This document shows, piece after piece, positions 1-10,894 of a stretch of DNA of 64,000 bases (its first letter is position 1; each line of letters begins with the position of its first letter). Source of the stretch: Octopus sinensis (Eukaryota); the NCBI RefSeq assembly GCF_006345805.1, contig NC_042997.1, positions 102,610,001-102,674,000 of the forward strand. The letters run 5' to 3'. A model generated the notes under the pieces. The model was not told the DNA's origin and searched no databases. It saw only the letters and a program-made list of their open reading frames with translations. The position numbers and the translations under genes were made by a program.

Positions 1-469
1 CCGTAGAAATCAAGCCAAAACAAATTGGAGCCTGGTGCAGCTCTTTGGCTTACCAGTTCTAGTCAAACCATCTAACCCATGCCTATCCACAAGGATCTCA
101 ATCCATGCAGTGTTAAGGTATGACATATACAAACCCACATACTAGACATACAAACATAGCAAATTTAACTATTTATCTGTTGATTGAAAGAAAAATGATA
201 AACAGCCTTAATCAATTTTCAAACATTACTGGATTCTTTTCAGAGCTGTCTACATCATTTGATCAATCCCAGAGAAACAAGTAGGTGATCTGTTTAAATA
301 CACAACACATATCAGCAGTCTGTGTGTCTGTGTCTGTCACCATCCACCACTTGATAGTAAATGATGATGACAACGGCAATAACTGTCTTCTGGTTTTAAA
401 TTGTTCTACATTCTTGAAAACAATGTAATGTAGTACCAAAGTACAAACTGTAACCCTACTTTTACTAAT

Positions 470-910
470 CATCATCATCATCGTTTAACGTCCGTTCTCC
501 ATGCTAGCATGGGTTGGACGGTTCGACTGGGGATCTAGGAAGCCAGAAGGCTGCACCAGGCTCCAGTCTTATCTGGCAATGTTTCTACAGCTGGATGCCC
601 TTCCTAACACCAACCACTCCGTGAGTGTAGTGGGTGCTTTTTACATGCCACCTGCACAGGTGCCAGCCTCGCCTGGCAACGGCCACGGTCGGATTGGTGT
701 ATTTTACGTGCCACCGGCACGGAAGCCAGACGAGGCGGAGCTGGCATCGACCACGAGTCGGATAGTGCTTTTTACGTACCACCAGACCAGGGATCCTGGC
801 TGGTTCAATTCGATTTCGCTTGCCCCAACATGTCTTCGCATGCAAAGGGGGTTGGCATGGGTGCCTGTCATCGGATGAGGTTCTATATCGACTTCGCTTG
901 CCTCAACAGG
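470..910 (-). mobile_element. 5'-truncated RTE 3' UTR copy
   Basis: Reverse complement of the 13.9-14.29 kb 3' UTR with high identity and a (CAT)n tail at 470-482. Confidence 0.9.
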
Positions 911-1646
911 TCTTTGTGTAATGTTGTAACCATTTCACTTCAAAAATAACTTTCAAGAAAGGTACAAATGTAAGGAAATTTTATTCTTCAATAAATCTGA
1001 GACTTTTACTTGGAAAAGAAATCGGTTCTTCAATCCCTAAACTTGTGTCTGTTCTGCCATCTTCATTCTGACTTTTCATGATGAATACAAAAAAACGTCT
1101 ATATTTAGGATACAATACTCTAATCACATATACGATACCATATTAAAAGTAATTAGACTGTTTCAGCTTGTTTGGCCTCTCAGATTCACATTAAGACAAG
1201 TCAGCTTCACTTAGTTTGTTCCTTCCCAAAAGTTGAAAAAGGAGAATTGAATTTGACAGAGAAAGCTCATTAATCACCAGCAGCTAGTTCTTCCTATCTG
1301 CCTTACCTATTTACAGTTAGCTGGACAGAGCAATTTGAAAACAAAAAGACAGAGTGTTGCTAAGAACTATTGATCTTTTGCTTGGTTGTTTGATAGCATT
1401 TTGAATCAGCTATCTGCATGTTCTATATATATATATATAAATAAAACCATCGTTTAATGTCTGCCTTCAATGATAGCACAGTTTGGACGGTTTGACTAGG
1501 GAGAACACTGTACCATACTTCTGTGTCTGTTTTGGTAAGGTTTTACAACTGGATGCCCTTCCTATCATCAACCACCCAGCAGGGTATATTTTAAATATTT
1601 AAATACAACTTCAATTATGAAAAAGGAAAGGAAAAATAATCCATAC

Positions 1647-1752
1647 CTTTCTTGCTGAATGTCTTTGGTCCAATTTTCTTTAGGTTAGCTTTTTTTATGT
1701 AATAAATTCGCAGTCCAAGTCCCTCAGATAGGCGTTGCATTTCCTGGTATAT
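1647..1752 (-). CDS. DDX52: DDX52 coding exon 6 (gene continues beyond window start)
   Basis: IYQEMQRLSEGLGLRIYYIKKANLKKIGPKTFSKK resembles human [22 protein letters not shown]...KKFGPKSSKK. atcag acceptor, AAAG|gtatgg donor. No DEAD-motif exon was found in 1-1646. Confidence 0.92.
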
Positions 1753-1782
1753 CTGATAAGGAAAATAAGTGTATACATGTAG

Positions 1783-1837
<55 letters not shown>

Positions 1838-2603
1838 CAGACATATATATATCATTATCATTTAGCATCTGTTTTCCATGCTTGTATGGGTTGAACTGTT
1901 TGATCTGGGCTGGCAAGCTGAGGGGCTGTGCCAGACTCCAGTCTGATTTGGTATGGTTTCTGCAGTTGGATACACTTCTTAACACCAACCACTCTGAGAG
2001 TGCAATAGGTGTTTTTACATACCACTGGCATGGGTGCCAGTATTGTGACACCAGTATCTGCCATGACTATCATTTCACTTGATGGGTCTTCTACTCAGGG
2101 ATGGCATATTGTCAAAGGTCTTGGTCATTTGAGGCTCAACACTTGAAAGATGCTTTTTACGTGCTACCCGCATAGGTGCTAGTTACGTGACACTAGCATC
2201 ACCCACATTGCCTTCATGAGGTTCAATTTTTGGTAAGTGCTTTTCTCGTGCTACTGGCACAGGTGCCAGTTACGTGACACTGACATCATAATGTAACATA
2301 ACACACACACACACATACACACAGGTGTGGCTGTGTGGTTAAGATGGATACTGAAAGAATCCTGTCATGCATGCATGCATGCATGAGTGTGCGTATGTTT
2401 GTGTGTAACTATGTCTTTATATCATGTGATTGTTGTGAATGAGCATGTTTGTTTCCAGTCTTCCATAAAAATATGTCTGGCGATGGGAAATATTACCTTG
2501 CTTGGAAACAGGTGATGGTTTGTGAAATAGAAAATCTGCTCCAACAAATTCCATCTAACCCATACAAGCATGGAAACGTGGATGTTAAATGATGACAATA
2601 TCA

Positions 2604-2840
<237 letters not shown>

Positions 2841-3964
2841 TTAAGTGAACGAAAAAAAACAAAAACAAATTCCATTTTAGTAATCAATGTTTATAAAGAT
2901 TAAAACAAAGTTTTGTTTTTATTTTGCTTAACATCTGTTCCTTTTTTTATTAATGTAATGTGTATAATGACATTCACATATTCCATACTGATTTCATTTT
3001 ATGAGCAAATAATCTGGTTTTTTACCCTTTCTTCCACTAATATATCACTTTATCTTTCTAATTATGAACTTATGAAATATTTCCATCCTATCTAATTTTT
3101 TTTTTAGTGGCTTAACCAGAGGAACAAGATCAGAGTCCATAACCTTTTAAGACTGGTGAGCATAAAGGAGGAAATTCATTTCAGATCCGTAACTTGGCCT
3201 AAATGATTGGAATAAAGTGGATTCTGTTGGCAGAACCTGAGAACCTGTTGATAGCTCTAAAACCAGGCAGTGAATTAAGTCTAACACTCAAAACAATAAA
3301 AATTCTCTGGATGGGTTTCCATATTTCCATACGGATTTTATTTCCCACACTTCACTCACAAAGCTTTGCTCAAGTTACAGCTATTGTTGAAAAGGTTCCC
3401 ATGCAGTGGAATTGGACCCCATTATTATGTAATGCATCCAATCTATCAAAGGAGGCACAAACACTTTCACACACACATATACATATGACAGAACTTCTGT
3501 CTACCAAATCCACTCAGTGGGCTTGGATTGGCCCAAGGTGCCACATAGTGGGTTGAATCTGAAACCATGTGGTTGGGAAGTGAACTTCTTACCCACACAG
3601 CTATGCCTGCACCTATGATTCCGCCAATCCACTGCTCTGAAATGTATTAATATTGCTTTCAAATTATGGCACAAGGCCAGCAATTTCAGGGCAGGGTACT
3701 TAAATTAATCGATCCTGAAAGGAAGAAAGGCAAAGTCAACCTTAGCAGAAGCTGAACATAGAATACAAGGATGGATGAAATGCCACTAAGCTTAATGTGC
3801 TAATGATTCTTCCAGTTCACCGTCTTGAAATGTATTAATGTTGCAATAAAATTTCAAAACTACTTCATATAATTAGCATTTTATCCTCACCATTCTAGCT
3901 ACATATCACATTATTTAGTATCATTGCTTATAAATTTACAAAAATGAATATCAACATGTTTTAA

Positions 3965-5033
3965 CCTTTTCGTTACCAAACCGCCCGAAAAAAATTTTGG
4001 TTAATGTGACCAAGCCGCCCAAAACCGCCTGAATTTACCTATTCATATTTAAATGAGAATATCAGAGCAAATCTCTTTAGTACATTCGTGAAAACACGTA
4101 TTATACTTCGTAAAGAGTTCAACTACAGTTTTGTACAAAAATCGAAGTGTAATTTTAATTCCGTGAATTTTGGGAGATTTTTTTCCGAAATTTGTTCCTA
4201 TTGTGTTTTCAAAATTTGTAATTCTGACAAAAAATGGATATGAATTTCATTATATCAAGCAGCGAGTCAGAATTCGAAGGATTTTCTACTGAAGACCTTC
4301 ATAAATCTAACTCTATGACTGAAAAAAAAAAAAGCATGTGGTATTTGATATTGAATCTGATGTTTCATTTTCCGAAAGTGAAAACAGTGAATCCGAGAGC
4401 TCCGACAGCGATAAAGAAAATGAATTGGCACCTGAATGGAGTGAAAATTTAAAAACTGTTTCTTTCGGTGATTTTTCTGAAGAAACTGGACCAAGCCACA
4501 GACTTTCCCAGAAGAGTAAAGCCTTAGACTATTTCTTTTTACTTTTTCGAATGAGCCTATTTGAAATCATTACGGCGGAAATGAACCGTTACGCTAAATG
4601 TAAATAAAATGAAAGAAAGTGGTTTCCCATAACCTTAAATGAAATTAAGACTATTTTGCCATAGATATTATTATGGGTATCAGAAAGTTATCCAGAATAA
4701 CAAATTCTATCGTAAAATTTTGTTGTATACCCAATTGAATATTAGCTAATAACCCATTTTCTATAGTGATGTTTGAACAAAATTTTAATAATTTTATATT
4801 TTGTTGAATTTACCTGTATCTACCTGCAATTAGAGTCACTTTGTGACAAAAATTATAGCATAGAATTGGTTGAGAACATTTCATTAAATTATCTTCCAAA
4901 ATTCACGTTAATATATTGATAAATAAAAAAGTTTTGGTTGTTTAATGAAACCAGACTAAATTTATGATTACGTTAGAAATTAATTGAAACACATAAGGGG
5001 TGTATTTTGGTCAGAAATATAGTAACGAAAGGG
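3965..5033 (+). mobile_element. piggyBac-like DNA transposon, internally deleted
   Basis: TTAA at 3961-3964 and 5034-5037. Terminal inverted repeats CCTTTTCGTTAC / GTAACGAAAGGG. Internal remnant of an acidic PGBD-type N-terminus (ALDYFFLLF...ITAEMNRYA). Confidence 0.85.
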
Positions 5034-5060
5034 TTAAAGGGATGCAAAGTTTTTACTTAC

Positions 5061-5243
5061 ACGCATCATCACTGGTATTGCTTGCATTTGAATGGGAGTA
5101 GGTTTGGTGTATTCAACTTTCTTCGCATTCTCCAAGAGTCTTGGATGGATGCTGAAGTTTTTCAGTTGCTCAAAATCTGTTACTGGTGGTGGGGCATCAA
5201 AACCATGGACATGGATTTTATTTTTCTTGCGAATCAGAGTTTC
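5061..5243 (-). CDS. DDX52: DDX52 coding exon 4 (Q motif)
   Basis: ttttag acceptor and CGT|gtaagt donor. ETLIRKKNKIHVHGFDAPPPVTDFEQL...YTKPTPIQMQAIPVMMR contains the DEAD-box Q motif. 183 nt. Confidence 0.93.
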
Positions 5244-5931
5244 CTAAAAGTGAATAATGTGAACAAATTATACAATGAAATAATAAATAAAGAACTAAAT
5301 ATAAGTTTTACAGGAGTATAATCTAATTAGTAGATATAATGGAAAAGAAAATATAGAAATTGTCAAAATTTTGTTTTTATTTTCCCAAAAATTTTTAACC
5401 ACATGGTTGTGAATTTGGTAGATGGAAACCATGTGGAAGCCTATCATATATATATATATATATATATATAAACCAATTTAGTAGACATACAAACAGGGCA
5501 ATTTAACTATTTCTCTGTTTATTGAAAAAATGACAAACAGCTTTCTTTTATCTTTTACCTATTTCAGTCATTAGTCTGTGGCCATACTGGGGCACTGCTT
5601 TGAATTTTTAGTCAAATGAATTGATCCCAGTACTTATTCTATCAGCCTCTTTTGCTAAACCACTAAGTTATGGGGATGTAAACACACCAACACTGGTTGT
5701 TCAGTGGTGAGGGGCGGGGTCAAACACACACGCACAGAGATATATATGATGGGCTTCTTTCAGATTCTGTCTACCAAATCCACTGACAAGGCTCTGTTCG
5801 GCCTGAGGTTATAGTAGAAGAAACTTAGCAAAGATGCCATGCTGTGGGACTGATCCTGGAACTACATGGTTGGGAAGCAAGCTTCTTACCATACAGTCAT
5901 GATTTTGAAACCTTATCAGGTTTTCATTCAT

Positions 5932-6150
5932 CATCATCATCATTTAACGTCCGTTTTCCGCGCTAGCACGGGTTGGACGGTTTCGACCGGGGTCTGGGGA
6001 GCTCGGGACTGCCCCAGGCTCCAGTCTAGTCTGGCAGTGTTTCTACAGCTGGATGCCCTTCCTAACGCCAACCACTCCGCGAGTGTAGTGGGTGTTTTTT
6101 ACGTGCCACCTGCACAGGTGCCAGAGGGGTCTGGCATCGGCCACGTTCGG
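5932..6150 (-). mobile_element. RTE 3' UTR copy
   Basis: catcatcatcatttaacgtccg...ctggatgcccttcctaacgccaaccactcc family motif. Confidence 0.85.
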
Positions 6151-6584
6151 ATGGTGCTTTTTATGTGGGGGGGGGGAGAAATATAGGGGAGCACCAGTGG
6201 GGAGGGGTGGTTCAGAGAAATGATGACAGGTTCTAGGCAAGTAGAACGTAGGATATCAAGAAGGGTAATGCATGGTCAAATAGCGTATTGAAGAGGGGGT
6301 TCGAAGAGTAGACACCTATAATGGTGGTGGGAGAAGCGACATCCGGTATAGATGGAGCAAAATATAGAGATATCCGGTATTGGTGGTGGGGGTGGGCAAG
6401 GGCGGGTGCACCGGGAATATGACGGGCTGGCTTAAAAATGCTCTTAGCAAAGGAAGAGGGGGGATGGCAGACAACGTAAAAGAGGGAGAGAGAGAAGGGA
6501 AATAGTGGAACCCCGCGAAAATGGGCCGCCATTGAAAAAACCCCTGTATGGAGAAATAATATGCAATACAAGGCGAAGCTGAAA

Positions 6585-6657
<73 letters not shown>

Positions 6658-6997
6658 GCAAATTTTCGACCGAGGATCAAAGGGACAATACTAATACTAC
6701 TAATAATAGTAATAATAATAAATAATAAACAGCTCAACCACAACATTAGATTAGAAAGACTCTCTTATCTTGGGAACATTTCGTTCTTCGGCCTGACACG
6801 GGAATATGACGGGCTGGCTTGTGTCAATATCACCAGACCAATCTCCAAGAAACAAATGGCCAAACTGTTTATATACACAACAAACCCAGTAACTTCAGAA
6901 GACTGGAGCTACTAATTTGTACGCTATAAGCATTTAATATTTTATTTAATATCAGTGGCCTGTCCACAAGGATCTCAATCCATGCATTATTAAGGTA

Positions 6998-7761
6998 TCT
7001 CTTATTATAAAAGGCAGATTTTATCTGCCTCCCTTTGTCAGTTATAGAAATCTACAATATAGGATTTCTTCAATTACAATTTACTTAGCATTTTTAAGAG
7101 TAGAATGCATCGGGTTTTGCCAGGTCCACTTTTTAAAATTTAAACTCCAATTAAGCAAAATTTACAGAAAACTCACATTCTGGTGTGTATGTCAAATGCT
7201 TTTCTTAATGTGTTTTACACCACACGCACACACACAGTGTGCAAGGAATAAAATGAAAGTAATTCACCTTTTGTAGTGAGTGACTCTTTCAGTCTGCCAC
7301 TTCCTCTTTACACACATAGACACGCAAATATATAAATAAAATTGTAAGCTAACGTGCGTGTGTGTGAGTGTGTGTGTGAGGGTGCGTGCGTGTGCGTGAG
7401 GGTGTGACAGGAAAGTATTTTAGGACGAATATAAGACCTATATCGGCGATGTTTCGCTTGTCGTAGCACAGGTTTCCGTCGATTTCCGTAAAAAACTTTT
7501 ATTTTTTTACATAAGTAATGAGAGCGAAAGAGACTAAGAGAAAGCGATTGTATGACGAGGGAAGTTCTTTTGAAGTTACCGTGCATGGGACGCATTGATG
7601 TACATGTGTGTGTGTTTGATGGAGTGTGGGAGACAGACAGTATGTTGTGTAAGTGAAGTGCTTCTGTTAGTGTGTGTGAAGAGACAGAGAGAGTAATGTG
7701 TGAAAGAGAGAGATAACTGAAATTTTTTACTCAGTTTATGTGTATATGTATGTATGCATGT

Positions 7762-7793
<32 letters not shown>

Positions 7794-9223
7794 GTGTGTG
7801 TATGTATGTATGTATGTATGGCCGATTCAGTGTTTACATTTTTTACGGAAATCGACGGAAACGTGTGCTACGACAAGCGAAACATCGCCCCTATATCCAA
7901 GTAGCAGAAAGATCGCCCAAAAGTGTATATAGATATTTAAATGTATTTATATATTCATCTATACACAGATGTATGTATAATGTGTGTGTATATATTTCCA
8001 TACACGTAACCATTCACTCTGCACAAAGTTTTTTAGGACGAAAATAAGATCTAAAGTTATCTCTAAGTAGCACAGAGATCGCCCAAAAGTGTATATAGAT
8101 ATATAAATGTATTTATATATTCATCTATGCACACATGTATGTATAACGTGTGTGGATATATTTCCATAGAGGTAACCATTCACTCCATACAAAGTTTTTT
8201 AGCACGAAAATAAGATCTAAAGTTATCTCTAAGAAACAGAAAGATCGCCCAAAAGTGTATATAGATATTTAAATGTATTTATATATTCATCTATACACAC
8301 ATGTATGTATAATGTGCGTGTATATATTTCCATAGAGGTAACCATTCAATCCATACAAAGTTTTTTAGGACGAAAATATTTATATATAAAAGAAAGGTTG
8401 TGTGTCTGTCTACTCCGATTTAGATTCCTAACTACTCCCACATTTTGCGATGCAGTTTAACCAAAACCGGGTATCTTATAGTCGTGATTCATATCGAGCC
8501 CTTCTGGGTATTAGCGCGCGTCTACGATGAGTCTATGATTTTACAAATAATTTACCATCATTTTTTTCCATTTTAATGCATATTTTAAAAAATAAACGGA
8601 AGTAACTCTCAAACTTCACACCAATATGCGTGCTCATATGCGACGTAATATCACATCAGCAGCATTTCCTCACACCCTCCTTGCACTTGGCGAAGGCAAA
8701 ATACCAGGGGATGAAAATGGTAATATTGCCATCGATTCCATTTGTACCATTGTTAAGACGCCTTCTGATCTCAGAGATGCAGTGTTCCCAGATCTACAAG
8801 CTAATTATCAGAATATGGATTGGATTGGCAAAAAGGCTATACTGGCCCCGAGGAATAAAACTGTTCACCATATTAATGATGAAATGCTAAAACTCATTCC
8901 TGGGAAAGTCTATGTATATCAGTCTATCGATACAACTCCTGACCCAGAGGACGTCATCAACTATCCAATAGAGGTACTCAATTCCTTTGAGCACCCCGGA
9001 CTACCACCACACTTTCTCAAACTTAAAGTTGGTGCCCCTATAATGCTCATCAGAAATTTGGTTCCCCCAAAACAATGCAATGGCACACGTTTGATCGTTA
9101 AGTCCTTATCTCCCACCGTAAGCTTATATCAATATTTGCCTGAATAATCATCATAATTCAGTGCAATCATTAACAGTACTTTCAAGCAATTCAGCCCCGA
9201 GCAACGCCGGGCAATTCTGCTAG
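6998..9223 (+). mobile_element. Composite non-autonomous Helitron with PIF1 helicase fragment
   Basis: 5' TC at 6998 after an A. 3' GC hairpin (9194-9212) plus CTAG (9220-9223) before a T, with no TSD. ORF 8626-9147 encodes PIF1-type helicase motifs (AILAPRN, HxLKLKVGAPIMLIRNL, CNGTRL). Confidence 0.9.
7912..8377 (+). repeat. 166-bp tandem repeat (about 2.8 copies) inside the Helitron
   Basis: atcgcccaaaagtgtatatagat recurs at 7912, 8078 and 8244. Confidence 0.9.
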
Positions 9224-10894
9224 TGACATAATATATGCAAACACACATACTAGACATACAAACATAGCAAATTTAACTATTTATCTGTTGATTGAAAGAA
9301 AACTGATATACGGCCTTAATCAATTTTCAAACCTTACTAGGTTCTTTTCAGAGCTGTCTACATCATTTGATCAATCCCAGAGAAACAAGTAGGTGATCTG
9401 TTTAAATAAACACATATCAGCAGTCTGTGTGTCTCTGTGTCTGTCACCCACCACCACTTGATAACTAATGGTTTGTTTACGTCTCTGTAACATAGCAGTT
9501 CAGCAAAAAACTGATAAAATAAATACAAGACTTGAAATAATGTAAGTACTGGTCAACTAAAACCCTTCATGGCAGTACTACAGTATGCCCTCAGTCCTTG
9601 ACTAGAACAAGTAAAATAAGAGAAAAGATAAAGAACAAGGTATTTCAATTAGTTAGAATAGATTTCTCTGTTGTTTAAAATATTGGGTCATCCCATAAAT
9701 AATGTGTTTTTTCCAACTGCATAAACTAAAAGTCGGAGGGGGACGGGATAAACTACCTGCATCAACTTGCTATCAAAGCAAGTAGTAATTTTACCATTCC
9801 CTTATTCTTAGTACAGTTCAATTTTAAGTTATTTTTTCAAAGCTATAATGGAAGCGACAAAGGAGCATATTCAAAATATTTTGCTTTATGAGTTCAATAA
9901 AGGCAACAATGCAATAGAAAGTGCAAGGAATATTAATGCAGTATATGGGGATTGGACAATAGGTGCAAGACAGTGTCAGCAGTGGTGCCAGAAATTCTGA
10001 GCCAGAAACTACAGCCTAGAAGATGAGCCTTGTCCTGGAAGATCTGTAGAGCTCGATGAAGATATCCTGCAAACCCTAGAGGAACAAAATCCCATTGTAA
10101 CTGTTGAGAAACTAGAAGAGAAGCTTGGGTTGGTCATTTAACTATTGATGACACCTGCGTACCATTAGAAAAGTCAGCAAATTGGGTCAATGGGTTCCTC
10201 ACAAACTTTCCGAGTCTAATCACACATAGAGAGTGAATGTTTGCTCTTCTTTGCTGTCATGTCTCATGAACAAACTTTTTTTGGACCGAATAGTGACTGG
10301 TGACGAGAAATGGGCTCTCTATAAAGATGTCAAGTACCGAAGACTGTGGATAGGGAAAGGAGAAACATCGGCACTCCAGGCTAAAGAAGGTCTTCACCCT
10401 TGTTAGGTGTTGTTATCTGTTTGGTGGTATATGAAAGGTTTAGTCCATTTTGAACTTTTAAACCCAAACTAAGCAACAACAAAGGAGATCTAATGTGAGC
10501 AGCTTGAGTGGCTTAAGCCAGCGCTAGAAGAAAAACGACCATCTTTGGTTTCAAGACGAAAGATGTTCTTCCATTCAGATAATGCTCAGCCACATACAGC
10601 GAGGATGACATTCCAAAGGTTGGAGGAGTTTCAATGGGCAACGATGCCCCACCCACCATATTTGCCAGACATTGCCCCATCAGATTATCATTTATTCTGC
10701 AGTCTTCAAAATTATTTCGACAAAAAATATGAATTCTGTAGTTGAGGTCAGAACAGTACTGGAGGAGTATTTTTCATCATGGATAAGTGAATTTTGGAAG
10801 AGGGGGTCTTGCAAGTCTACCAGATAGATGGAAGAGCATTGTAGAAAATGGAGAGTATATTTTAGATTAAAAAAGAACTTTATCTTAATTTTGA

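Noticed and set aside
236-350. C/D or H/ACA snoRNA in the duplicated intronic segment
   Set aside because: TGATG, CTGA and ANANNA-like words exist, but spacing, terminal stems and guide complementarity could not be shown. Kept only as a test in the duplication finding.
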